From Gammaproteobacteria bacterium (GTDB lineage: Bacteria > Pseudomonadota > Gammaproteobacteria > Eutrophobiales > Eutrophobiaceae), in the NCBI GenBank assembly GCA_963422205.2, contig CAXMWX010000012.1, forward strand, positions 114,800 through 178,799: a stretch of 64,000 bases of DNA. The letters are read 5' to 3'. Every line of letters begins with the position of its first letter. Position 1 is the stretch's first letter. Made by a program: the position numbers and the translations under genes. Of the stretch, positions 26,349-35,698 are shown piece after piece. The notes beneath the pieces are model-generated. The model worked only from the letters and a program-made list of their open reading frames with translations, ran no database searches and was not told the origin of the DNA.

Positions 26349-26376
26349 AGGTGGGGGCTAGGCCGTGGAATTCAAG
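26349..26376 (-). promoter_or_regulatory. Sigma32 promoter of grpE, overlapping the hrcA stop
   Basis: Minus strand CTTGAA-N13-CCCCCACCT. Confidence 0.65.
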
Positions 26377-27416
26377 GCAGAGCCGAGCATTTTTGCAGTG
26401 ATGTTGACGATTGGGATGACGCGCTCATAATCCATGCGTGTTGGCCCGATCACACCCAGCACACCGACGATCTCGCCATCCACCTCATACGGCGAGGTCA
26501 CCACGCTGCACCCATCCAATACCTCATAATCGGACTCCTCACCGATAAATATCTGCACCCCCTTGGCTTGGATCGAATTCTCCAGTATATGCAGCAGGTC
26601 GCGCTTTCTGTTAAACGTATCAAACAAACGCTTCAGCTTCTCCAAATCGCCCAGATCGGCCACCCCCATCAGGTTGGTCTGGCCAGACATGATGTAATCA
26701 TCCTGCTTGCCGCTGCTGTCGGTGAAGGCGTACTGTGCCATTTCAATCGCACTTTGCATCATGCTGTTGACCGCTTCCTTGACCTGTCGCAGCTCGGCGA
26801 GCAACTCCTGGCGCACCGTATCAAGGTCTTTGCCGCCGAAGCTGGAATTTAAGTAATTGGCGGCCTCTTGCAGCTCTGCCTGCGTGAATGTGCGCTCGGT
26901 GTGGATGATACGATTTTGGATTTCATTGTTGCTCATCACCAGTATCACCAAGATGCGATTATCCCCAAGCGCAACGAATTCAATCTGTTGCAGGGCTGTC
27001 TGGGTCGTGCGCGGCAGCATCACCACCCCCGCCAGGCTGGTGATTTCGGACAGCATACTGGAGGTTCGCTCCATCAGCATCTGCTTGTCCTTGCTGGCCG
27101 CCAACATGTTGGCAATTTCCTGCACTTGTTCATCATTGAGCCGATCAATGCGTAACAGACTGTCCACAAACAGGCGATACCCTTTGACCGTCGGCACCCG
27201 CCCGGCGGAAGTATGCGGCGAGTGCAGCAGACCCAGGTCTTCCAGGTCGGCCATCACGTTGCGGATGGTCGCCGGGCTAAGGTTGAGTTTCATATCCCGT
27301 GCCAGGGTGCGAGACCCGACCGGCAGACCATCATGGATGAAGTGTTCCACCAGCGACTTAAATAAAAACAGGCTGCGCTCATTTAAATCGTAGGCATTCG
27401 CTGGGGCATCGCTCAT
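26358..27416 (-). CDS. hrcA: Heat-inducible transcription repressor HrcA
   Basis: PVGSRTL, SPATIRNVMADLE, PHTSAGRVPT, GVIGPTRMDY. Confidence 0.98.
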   Translation of the reverse strand: MSDAPANAYDLNERSLFLFKSLVEHFIHDGLPVGSRTLARDMKLNLSPATIRNVMADLEDLGLLHSPHTSAGRVPTVKGYRLFVDSLLRIDRLNDEQVQEIANMLAASKDKQMLMERTSSMLSEITSLAGVVMLPRTTQTALQQIEFVALGDNRILVILVMSNNEIQNRIIHTERTFTQAELQEAANYLNSSFGGKDLDTVRQELLAELRQVKEAVNSMMQSAIEMAQYAFTDSSGKQDDYIMSGQTNLMGVADLGDLEKLKRLFDTFNRKRDLLHILENSIQAKGVQIFIGEESDYEVLDGCSVVTSPYEVDGEIVGVLGVIGPTRMDYERVIPIVNITAKMLGSALNSTA

Positions 27417-27468
27417 CGGTTAAATATTGTCCAGTTTATTCGTAACAGTGCGGTAATTGGTTGAAAAT

Positions 27469-27495
27469 TTAGCACTCAAGTGACCGGAGTGCAAA
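27469..27495. promoter_or_regulatory. CIRCE element (HrcA operator)
   Basis: TTAGCACTC-aagtgaccg-GAGTGCAAA, one mismatch to consensus. Confidence 0.92.
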
Positions 27496-27565
27496 ACGGG
27501 ATTGGCCGCTGCTTAAATAGCATGTTACTTTCTGCGCTTAAAAAACCACCAGAAACCGGATAACC

Positions 27566-28426
27566 ATGTTTAACAAGATTTTACTTATCACCAATAAAAG
27601 TGCGACCGAGGTCGTTGACACCCTGTCCAGCGTGATTGATTTTCTGCTATCACGGGAGATGGAGATCGTCCTTGATGAGTTCAGCGCCGCCCTGATCCCC
27701 AACGCCAGCCTGCGGGTGACCGGCAAAGATGCCATTGATGCCGATTGCGACCTGGCGATTGCCATAGGCGGTGATGGCACCATGTTACGTGCTGCCCACC
27801 TGCTGGCCGACTATGACATTCCGCTGCTGGGCATCAACCGAGGTCGGCTGGGTTTTCTTGCCGATGTCCCGGCACATGCCATCACCGCCACCCTCAGTCA
27901 GGTATTGACCGGGGAGTATATTGAAGACATACGCTTTCAACTGTATTGCGAGGTCATCCGAAACGACAAACACCTGATGGAGACCCATGCCTTCAATGAT
28001 GTGGTGATCCAGAAGGGCAATGTCGCCAAGCTGGTTGAGCTGGATACCTTTGTAAATGACGACCTGCTGCACCACCAGCGCTCGGATGGCATGATCATCG
28101 CCTCGCCCACCGGTTCAACCGCTTACGCCCTGTCCGGCGGCGGCCCGATTGTGCATCCTGATCTGGATGCGCTGGTACTCGTGCCTATCTGCCCGCACAC
28201 ATTAAGTACGCGCCCGATCGTGGTTGATGGCAACAGCACCATCAAGGTGGTGCTGGTAACACAGCAGGTCGAAATCGCCAAACTCACCTGCGATGGTGAG
28301 ATCGTCTGCGAGCTGGATGTGGGCGATTTTGTTATCATCGAGAAAAGAAACCGCAAGATCCGGCTGATCCACCCGGTCGGCCATGATCATTTCAACATTC
28401 TCCGGGCAAAACTGGGCTGGGGTTGA
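27566..28426 (+). CDS. nadK: NAD+ kinase
   Basis: GGDGTML, GINRGRLGFL, TGSTAYALSGGGP; hrcA-nadK-recN synteny. Confidence 0.96.
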   Translation: MFNKILLITNKSATEVVDTLSSVIDFLLSREMEIVLDEFSAALIPNASLRVTGKDAIDADCDLAIAIGGDGTMLRAAHLLADYDIPLLGINRGRLGFLADVPAHAITATLSQVLTGEYIEDIRFQLYCEVIRNDKHLMETHAFNDVVIQKGNVAKLVELDTFVNDDLLHHQRSDGMIIASPTGSTAYALSGGGPIVHPDLDALVLVPICPHTLSTRPIVVDGNSTIKVVLVTQQVEIAKLTCDGEIVCELDVGDFVIIEKRNRKIRLIHPVGHDHFNILRAKLGWG

Positions 28427-28433
28427 GCCAGGC

Positions 28434-30110
28434 ATGTTAAAACGCATGCAAATCGCCAACCTGGCGGTGATCGATCATCTGGAGTTGAACTTTGCCTCCG
28501 GCATGACGGTGCTGACCGGTGAAACCGGTGCCGGTAAGTCTATCCTCATTGATGCGCTCGGCCTGATACTCGGCAACCGCGCCGATACCTCTGTGGTCAG
28601 AACGGGCTGCGAGCGCACCGAAATCGTCGCCATTTTCTCCATTCCCCCGGGCTCACCTGCCGCCCGCCTGTTACAGGCACAATCCATCACCATGCAGGAT
28701 GATGAGCTTATGATCCGGCGGGTGGTAAACCGAGATAGCGGCTCCAGGGCCTATATCAATACAACGGCAGTACCGGTGCAATTACTGCGCGAACTCGGCG
28801 AGCACCTGATTGATATACATGGGCAACAGGCCAATCAGGCCCTGTTCAAGGCGGAGAACCTGCTGATGCTGCTGGATCGTTACAGTCATCATGCTGATCA
28901 ACTCGCCGAGGTGCAGGACTGCTACCACGCCTGGCAACAAATCAACAGGGAATTGCAGGGGCTGGCCAGTGATGCCGGAAAATTCAATGCACAGGTCTCA
29001 TTGCTGGAATATCAGCTTAAAGAGTTGGAAAATCTTGACCTGGAAGAGAATGAAGTGGAACAACTGGAAAACGACCATAAACGCCTGACCCACATCGAGC
29101 AGTTGCTGCACAGTACCCAGACTGCCCTGACCGATCTGGATGAGGGCGAGCATTCCATCAGCAACCGGCTGGGCGGCATCATGCGGGATCTGAATGCACT
29201 GGCATCGCACGATGCCAGGCTCGGCAGCATTAGCGGCCTGCTGGAACTGGCGCAGATCCAGATCGCAGAAGCCTGTACTGAAATGGAACATTATCTCAGT
29301 ACGCTGGAACAAAACCCCGAACAACTGCACAAACTGGAACAGCGTCTTGACCTGCTGCATGATGTGGCCCGGAAACATCATATCCATCCTGACCAGTTGT
29401 TACCGCATTTTCAGTCGTTAAATAAAAAATGGCACGAGTTGCTGGATAACAAGCATCGTATCATGGCCCTGGAACAGCAACAGGCCAAGACCCTGCAACG
29501 TTACAAGACCTGCGCTGAAACACTGCACCAACTCAGAGAACAACAGGCGCGCAAAATGAGCGTAGCGATCAGCCGGCAGTTACAGCGCCTGGGTATGCCG
29601 GACAGTCAGTTCACCGTCAAAGTCAATAAATTATCTGATCTTAAACCGCACCGTCACGGCATCAGTCAGGTCAATTTTTATTTCTCCGCCAATCCCGGCC
29701 AGGCGCCTCAGCCCATGCGTAAGGTCGCCTCTGGCGGTGAGTTATCGCGCATCAGCCTGGCGATTCAGATCAACGCCAGACAGGACAGGGTAACAGCCGG
29801 TATGGTATTTGACGAGGTGGATGCGGGCATCGGCGGCGGCACGGCGGAGATCGTCGGCCAGCTACTGCATCGCCTGGCGGGTGATAATCAGGTGTTATGT
29901 GTCACGCACCTGCCGCAGGTCGCCTCGCAGGCAGACAATCACCTGCTGGTCAGCAAGCAGAACGAAGCTGGACATACCCACACCGCCGTGACCGTCTTGT
30001 CCAGGGCTGACCGGGTAGAGGAGATAGCACGTATGCTGGGCGGGGTGAAGATATCAGAGCAGACCCGGCATCATGCGATGGAGATGCTGGGGATAGGGCG
30101 CGGGAGTTGA
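28434..30110 (+). CDS. recN: DNA repair protein RecN
   Basis: TGETGAGKS, IDIHGQ, ASGGELSR, FDEVDAGIGG, THLPQVA. Confidence 0.97.
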   Translation: MLKRMQIANLAVIDHLELNFASGMTVLTGETGAGKSILIDALGLILGNRADTSVVRTGCERTEIVAIFSIPPGSPAARLLQAQSITMQDDELMIRRVVNRDSGSRAYINTTAVPVQLLRELGEHLIDIHGQQANQALFKAENLLMLLDRYSHHADQLAEVQDCYHAWQQINRELQGLASDAGKFNAQVSLLEYQLKELENLDLEENEVEQLENDHKRLTHIEQLLHSTQTALTDLDEGEHSISNRLGGIMRDLNALASHDARLGSISGLLELAQIQIAEACTEMEHYLSTLEQNPEQLHKLEQRLDLLHDVARKHHIHPDQLLPHFQSLNKKWHELLDNKHRIMALEQQQAKTLQRYKTCAETLHQLREQQARKMSVAISRQLQRLGMPDSQFTVKVNKLSDLKPHRHGISQVNFYFSANPGQAPQPMRKVASGGELSRISLAIQINARQDRVTAGMVFDEVDAGIGGGTAEIVGQLLHRLAGDNQVLCVTHLPQVASQADNHLLVSKQNEAGHTHTAVTVLSRADRVEEIARMLGGVKISEQTRHHAMEMLGIGRGS

Positions 30111-30177
30111 ATTTCCTCTTAACCGCCATTATGTCCACACACAGACGGCGGCGAGAAGAACTCTGGCAGGGCTATCC

Positions 30178-30564
30178 TCAGCCGCCCGCATCGCCTTCGG
30201 GTGAATTGGGACGACCATCGGCCAAAGGCACGCTGGCAGGGGCATCAGCCCTGGCACCTGCTGGCCTCATGGCATCGCCACCTTCCTGAAATCGGGCATA
30301 ATCAATGCCATTAACAATAATGCCAGCCCTGGCCAGGGCGACCAGCATTCTATTCTGGTTTGCCTTTGTCACTTTCAAGTCTGCCCTGATCTCGGCGACC
30401 TCCTGGGCAATGTGGTGAACACCAAGGCGCAGTTCAACATAACCGGCGATGACCGCCGCCGCAGCAATCACCATCGGCCAGTATTTCTGTATATTTTGCA
30501 ATAAGCTGTCCATGACCTCTGCCTTTGGTAAGCCCGGCGGTGCTGTCTCTTCAATGGCGAACAT
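30178..30564 (-). CDS. Hypothetical single-TM coiled-coil protein
   Basis: ORF with hydrophobic segment WPMVIAAAAVIAGYV then heptad pattern; start uncertain. Confidence 0.4.
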   Translation of the reverse strand: MFAIEETAPPGLPKAEVMDSLLQNIQKYWPMVIAAAAVIAGYVELRLGVHHIAQEVAEIRADLKVTKANQNRMLVALARAGIIVNGIDYARFQEGGDAMRPAGARADAPASVPLADGRPNSPEGDAGG

Positions 30565-30681
30565 GGCGGTAGGCCCCGCATATCTTGCCTGCTTGGTAAA
30601 AACATAGCATCAACAAGGCCCCTCAGCAAGTTTCGGCACAATCTTTGACCACCGTCCAGACATGGCATTAAGGCGAAGAAA

Positions 30682-31080
30682 CTACTTGGGCTTCACATAC
30701 AGCACCAGGCTGTGATCCACCAACTCATACCCATGCGCCTCAGCGATCTTGTGTTGCAGGGTTTCAATCTCCTCGTTTTCAAACTCGATCACCTGGCCGG
30801 TCTCGGTACACACCATGTGGTCATGATGCTTGCCACGATCCAACTCAAACACCGAGTGACCCGAATCAAAATTATGCCGTATGACCAGGCCGGCTGACTC
30901 AAACTGAGTCAACACCCGATACACGGTCGCCAGCCCGACATCCTCGCCCGCCTGCAACAGCGCCTTGTAGACGCCTTCAGCACTGACATGTTTCTGATCG
31001 GAACTCTCCAGAATTTCCAGGATGCGAAGCCGCGGCAAGGTGGCCTTGAGGCCGGCTTGTCTGAGATCAACGGATTCCAT
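30682..31080 (-). CDS. fur: Ferric uptake regulator
   Basis: GLKATLPRLRIL, GLATVYRVLTQFE, HHDHM; divergent from bamE. Confidence 0.96.
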   Translation of the reverse strand: MESVDLRQAGLKATLPRLRILEILESSDQKHVSAEGVYKALLQAGEDVGLATVYRVLTQFESAGLVIRHNFDSGHSVFELDRGKHHDHMVCTETGQVIEFENEEIETLQHKIAEAHGYELVDHSLVLYVKPK

Positions 31081-31169
31081 GGTGATATTGTTCAGCGTTA
31101 TGGTGTTCGGATTGTAATTTTCAGCAACTGCGTTACTATGCCAGATTCTATGAGTATACTGCATATCGC

Positions 31170-31823
31170 TTGCGTTTATCTACACCCACAGCAACAACAC
31201 AAACCACATTCAACCCGTTGTTTTATATGATATTCAACACAACGAACCCGAATCTGTACGGGCTGCTGATCAGCGCTGGCATTGCCAGTGTGACCCTGGG
31301 CGGCTGTGCAAAAGAGGGGGATTTCAAGCTGCCTGGGGTATATCGCATCAACGTACAACAGGGCAACGTGATTGAACAGGAGATGCTGCTCAAGCTGAAA
31401 CCGGGGATGGACAAGAACCAGGTGAAGTTTATCCTGGGAACGCCAGTGCTTGTCGATCCGTTTCGCAGTAACCGTTGGGAATATGTCTACACCTTATCCC
31501 GTGGCGGGCAGGTACGGCAGCAGCGCCACCTGACAGTCTATTTTGAAGAGGGCAAACTGGCCTACGTAGCGGGGGATGTCGTCCCCGGCACGGTGCGTGA
31601 TGAGGTGATCGCACCTGCCAGCCAGGCCCGGACAGTTGAAGTCCCGCTGCAAAAGCAAAAAGACAAAGGCTTTTTCCGCACCCTGTTTACGCTGCTGCCC
31701 TTTATTGATGATGAGGCTAAGAAACCTGCTGCCACAGCAACCGGGAGCAGCGCTGTTAAGGCAACACAAAACACGCCAGACAGCGAGCAGGAACAGACCA
31801 GGACGCCCGAAGCCCCTAGATAA
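31170..31823 (+). CDS. bamE: Outer membrane protein assembly lipoprotein BamE (true start probably downstream)
   Basis: LGGC lipobox, YRINVQQGN, GMDKNQVKFILGTP, RWEYVY. Confidence 0.92.
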   Translation: MRLSTPTATTQTTFNPLFYMIFNTTNPNLYGLLISAGIASVTLGGCAKEGDFKLPGVYRINVQQGNVIEQEMLLKLKPGMDKNQVKFILGTPVLVDPFRSNRWEYVYTLSRGGQVRQQRHLTVYFEEGKLAYVAGDVVPGTVRDEVIAPASQARTVEVPLQKQKDKGFFRTLFTLLPFIDDEAKKPAATATGSSAVKATQNTPDSEQEQTRTPEAPR

Positions 31824-31890
31824 AACCGACATGCTGAATAAACCTCCTGATCCGAGATGTTATAAATAGGGTACTGAAAACATGGTAATT

Positions 31891-31924
31891 ACGTTATGAG
31901 GCGTTATGAAGCGTTAAGAAACGT
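31891..31924. repeat. 10-bp-period repeats at the prophage left end (candidate transposase sites)
   Basis: acgttatgag gcgttatgaa gcgttaagaa acgt. Confidence 0.55.
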
Positions 31925-31965
31925 GGCCGAATTTTGAAATGATTTCAGGTATTTTGAAAAACAAT

Positions 31966-32490
31966 TCACGCCTTGTTTTCGGCCCTTTTGAGTATCTGCT
32001 GGAGGCGATGATAGCCGATCCCGTATTTCAGGCACAGTTCTCTTTTCTTTTCCTGGGTGCCATCAAACTCGCTACAGATTGCCCTATCCCGTTCGGTATA
32101 GTAGTCGGCTTCCAGTTTTCGGATATAGACGGGTTGCGAAGCTAACAGGTGGCGTGTCTGCTCGGTCAGTTCTGCTGCCGCCTGTGTTGCTTCGGTCTGA
32201 CTGAGGCCGGCCTGCTGGAAGGCATCGGCGGCGGTATTGGTCACATCGGCCAGGAAGTTGTCACCGGTATTGGCGGCGGCTTTATCATGCGGTACGGCGG
32301 ATTTAAGATACACCGGCTGACCGCCCCAGAGGATACGGACACGTTCACAGATAGCCTTAGCAGCTTCCTTGGCCTTGATGCCATTCAGTCTTTTGTCATC
32401 GGCGATGACCTGTTCGGCGAGTTCGGCCAGGTCATGCAGGATATCCTCTCGTTCAGTCATCATCGTTGGTGCGTATGTCAAGCTGCTCAT
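31966..32490 (-). CDS. Mor/C family transcription activator with duplicated N-terminal domain
   Basis: WGGQPVYL and LASQPVYI repeats, ERDRAICSEFDG, C-terminal HTH. Confidence 0.8.
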   Translation of the reverse strand: MSSLTYAPTMMTEREDILHDLAELAEQVIADDKRLNGIKAKEAAKAICERVRILWGGQPVYLKSAVPHDKAAANTGDNFLADVTNTAADAFQQAGLSQTEATQAAAELTEQTRHLLASQPVYIRKLEADYYTERDRAICSEFDGTQEKKRELCLKYGIGYHRLQQILKRAENKA

Positions 32491-33034
32491 TCAGGCGTTC
32501 AATTTGGCGTTTCAGTGCTTCTGTGGGCGCCATGTCGTAGAGTTGGGTAAAATGTCTAAGGTCAGCGTTTAGGGCTTGAATATGGGCATTGTGTGCGCCC
32601 TGCTGGCTTGTTGGGCGATGCCGGCGTTGCGCCTCGCGCTGGCGTTCAGCTTCGGCCTCGGCTTTATCGGCCAGTCCGGATAGGACATCCAGCAGGTAGC
32701 CATGCGATTTAAGCGGCAGGGTGAAGGTATGACGGCGATCAATCACATCCTGCAAGGCCTGTTGCCAGTGTGTTTGTAAAACCGCCCAGGGGCGTCCTCT
32801 GCAGCTAATCTGGCCGCTTTTGATGGCGGGGAGCAGTTCACTTAACAGGGTATGGGTACGCCGCCAGGTGAGGCCGGCCTTGGGTGGCTTGAACAGGGAC
32901 AGGTATTCCAGCAGTAAGGGCGTCAGCTTGGGCGGTAGCTCTCCCAGCAGCGCCGCCACCCGGCGGGCATCGCTATCATTCATGCCTGCGATCAGGGGGA
33001 ACTTAATCGCACAGTTCGGGCAGGTGATGTCCAT
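32453..33034 (-). CDS. Phage hypothetical protein with N-terminal CxxC
   Basis: MDITCPNC...YLSLFKP...LPLKSHGYL, resembling early proteins of transposable phages. Confidence 0.7.
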   Translation of the reverse strand: MDITCPNCAIKFPLIAGMNDSDARRVAALLGELPPKLTPLLLEYLSLFKPPKAGLTWRRTHTLLSELLPAIKSGQISCRGRPWAVLQTHWQQALQDVIDRRHTFTLPLKSHGYLLDVLSGLADKAEAEAERQREAQRRHRPTSQQGAHNAHIQALNADLRHFTQLYDMAPTEALKRQIERLNEQLDIRTNDDD

Positions 33035-33036
33035 GC

Positions 33037-33462
33037 TTACTTCTCTCGGCCATGCCGCCTGGCATCATAAGCCAGGGCTGCCACGATGCGGTGTAACTGA
33101 TCGGGTTGGCAGAATTCCAGCTTGTCCACACGGAACATGTGTCGGGCCATTGCATGGGCATAGTTCCAGGGGCGTTTGGCCTCGGCCAGTTGTGCTTCTA
33201 TTTTCTTGAGTAGTCGCCCCCGCTCGGCGCTGTTGATGTTATGTGGCCGGCCTGGGTAGCTGTGTTTGGCTTTGAAGCCCACAGCACGCAGATGGTCAAG
33301 GACTTTATGGCGTCCGGCGTGATCTAAGTCCTTGGCGGAGCGCACGCGGGCAATAGCAAAGAGCATATCTCGGTAGGTATCCTCATCCATACCGAGTTGC
33401 TTTTTAGCGATATGGATTTTAGCGAGTTCCGCATTGCGGGTAGGGTATTGTCGTTTACCACT
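33037..33462 (-). CDS. GemA/gp16 (DUF1018) family protein
   Basis: LAKIHIAKKQLGMDEDTYRDML...SAKDL...GF. Confidence 0.88.
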   Translation of the reverse strand, partial: SGKRQYPTRNAELAKIHIAKKQLGMDEDTYRDMLFAIARVRSAKDLDHAGRHKVLDHLRAVGFKAKHSYPGRPHNINSAERGRLLKKIEAQLAEAKRPWNYAHAMARHMFRVDKLEFCQPDQLHRIVAALAYDARRHGREK

Positions 33463-34336
33463 CATCGGGGAACTCCTGAATGCGAAGGTGCGCTGGCCAC
33501 TCGGCCGGGCTGCTTCCTTTTTTATCAAACGTAATTATGACCCCGCCATGACATATTGGGTTTGTTCCCACCTGCTTGACAAACACAGGCACACTGGCGG
33601 TCTGGCATTGCTGAACGATGTCCGCTATCCACTCGATAGCGCAGGGGCGTACCTTGCCCTTAGCTCCGGACTCACCGCCGACAATCACCCAGTCGATGTC
33701 TTCCAATAATGACGTCAGGTTAATCGGCTCCAGCAGGGGTTCGGTGCTGATAAAGCGCAGCGCCGCTGCTGTTTCCACAAGCAAGGGAATGCGCTCGTCA
33801 GCCGCCGCTTGCGTGCCTGCCGAGACCCCCAGCCAGACATTCGGGAGCGGCCAGTACGCCGCAGACGGATAACGCGCATAGTTCTCATCATAGCCCGTCT
33901 CAAATAAGGTGGTCGTATCTCAGGCATTCGGCCTGATAGCCAGTATCTCATCCACCAGCCGTACTTGGGTGTCATCATCATTGATATACTCACGCATCCT
34001 CATCGGGCGCTTGGTTAGGATTTGGAAGCTGTGATAGTGATCGACAGCCATGACCTCGAATACCTTGTCGATAAACGCATCCGGCACATCATCATGGAAC
34101 AGGTCACTCATGGAGTTGACAAATACCTTTAACGGACGTTTGACTTTCAAGGGTTGCATTAGCCGCTCAGGGTGGCATTTGACCTCGGTGAACTTGCGAT
34201 CAGGGTAAGGCCGTCTGAACTGCCGCTCGGCATAACAGTGTTTACACTCAGCACTCACCTTGGTGCAGCCAGTAACGGGGTTCCAGGTGGCATCTGTCCA
34301 GGCGATGCCTTTGTTAGTTTGAGGGTAGATGTTCAT
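33455..34336 (-). pseudogene. DUF5131 (phage gp37/gp68, radical-SAM-like) with in-frame TGA at 33920
   Basis: WNPVTGCTKVSAECKHCYA, FVNSMSDLFH, QILTKRP; same frame continues WPLPNVWLGVS, EPLL, WVIVGGESG. Confidence 0.88.
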
Positions 34337-34345
34337 GCTGCCTTC

Positions 34346-34564
34346 TCAAGCCAGAGGCATCACCTCATCGGCATGACGTTGTATTGCTTCGGCCTCATGC
34401 GGATTGGTGGCTACGCTACAATCGCTTTCGTTTATCTCGATATTGCCATCGGTGGTATGGTTTTCTGCTGCCACGCCGATTGCATCAGCAACGCATTGGT
34501 TATCTTCAACCTCTATCGCATAGACAACATGGGTTGTTACGGGTACTTCAATCCACTTGCTCAT
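34346..34564 (-). CDS. Phage hypothetical protein
   Basis: Packed ORF in the early operon with GAGG RBS. Confidence 0.55.
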   Translation of the reverse strand: MSKWIEVPVTTHVVYAIEVEDNQCVADAIGVAAENHTTDGNIEINESDCSVATNPHEAEAIQRHADEVMPLA

Positions 34565-34588
34565 CGTCTCACCTCGTCATGTTAAGTT

Positions 34589-34786
34589 CTAAGCCGCCCA
34601 CTCTGGCTGTTTTGCTTTTCGCTCATCCATCAGACACTGCGCTACGGCGCTGGTATCATCGGGCCGGCGTATGGCACGGGCAAGGGCATGACAACTCTGC
34701 TCGTTCTCTACTGGCACGATGAGTTCAACCGAAGTACAGCCTGGCGCACATACGGTGATGAGATAGAGCAGATACCATTCAGTCAT
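34589..34786 (-). CDS. Phage hypothetical protein
   Basis: Packed ORF in the early operon. Confidence 0.5.
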   Translation of the reverse strand: MTEWYLLYLITVCAPGCTSVELIVPVENEQSCHALARAIRRPDDTSAVAQCLMDERKAKQPEWAA

Positions 34787-35026
34787 TTATCTATCCTTAG
34801 GAGGCAGTATCTCGGTGATGTCATCTTTATGCCTTCCGCTCAAGGCACAGACAATCGGCTTGATGGTACGCAAAAAGTCCGTCTGCTCCACGATGCGATT
34901 AACCATGACTGACAAGCCCGTGCTGGTCTCGGTCATCAGCATGATGCGTACCTCGCCGCTATGGGTCAGCGTAACCTCAAAGCCAGAACTCCCTGGCTTG
35001 CTCACGCCGCAGGTGGGACAGTTCAT
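34787..35026 (-). CDS. Phage hypothetical protein (CPTC)
   Basis: ATGA overlap with the upstream gene. Confidence 0.55.
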   Translation of the reverse strand: MNCPTCGVSKPGSSGFEVTLTHSGEVRIMLMTETSTGLSVMVNRIVEQTDFLRTIKPIVCALSGRHKDDITEILPPKDR

Positions 35027-35388
35027 GGCGCCTCCCCTTCAAGTTCGTGTTCCATGCGCATCTTGTACCGCAGCACATGAGCTGAGGATAAGAAGCGGTG
35101 AATGGCCTCAGCAGTCGGGGTAGCAATCACCTTCGCTTCCGCCGCTTCAGCCAGGGCGCTTTGCAGTTGTGCTTCATTAAATGCCCAGTAACCACTGATC
35201 AGGGGATATGGCATGGCCGCTTCCCGGTAACGGGTGTTGACCAGCAGGTGTTTGGCTTCGGCCTGTTCTGAGAGCAGAAAGGCACGGGTGAGGGTGGCCT
35301 CATCCTCGCTCATATCACCGCACTCCCTGGCCGTCTGCAAGGCAAACAGCAGTTGCTCGTTAGCAAATACCCAGTAGCGCAGGCTCAC
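35023..35388 (-). CDS. Phage hypothetical protein with internal duplication
   Basis: YWVFANEQLLFAL...FLLS and YWAFNEAQLQSAL...FLSS. Confidence 0.65.
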   Translation of the reverse strand: MSLRYWVFANEQLLFALQTARECGDMSEDEATLTRAFLLSEQAEAKHLLVNTRYREAAMPYPLISGYWAFNEAQLQSALAEAAEAKVIATPTAEAIHRFLSSAHVLRYKMRMEHELEGEAP

Positions 35389-35479
35389 CGAAGCACCCCG
35401 ACACAGTCACGCTGAAAGCGCAAGTCTTTCTGCTGGGGCAATATGTCAAGTGCCTGCGGTAAGCTCATCTCATCGTCAT

Positions 35480-35698
35480 TCATGCCACCTCTCCCAGCTT
35501 GCGTAATCGCCGCTGGATACGGCGCACCACTGTCTTTTGTAACACCATCCGCTCATTGGCAAGGGCGGCCCGGCACTCTGCTACAGTGAAATCACTGGCG
35601 AGGCGGCAACGCTCGGCACTGTCACGCACCATCAGTGGGGCCTTACCCATATAACCACCATCGAACGGATAATATGGATGCAGCGCATCGCCGCTCAT
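35480..35698 (-). CDS. Phage hypothetical protein
   Basis: ATGA overlap with gam. Confidence 0.55.
   Translation of the reverse strand: MSGDALHPYYPFDGGYMGKAPLMVRDSAERCRLASDFTVAECRAALANERMVLQKTVVRRIQRRLRKLGEVA

Noticed and set aside
25863-26852. 329-aa plus-strand ORF
   Set aside because: Antisense shadow of grpE and hrcA
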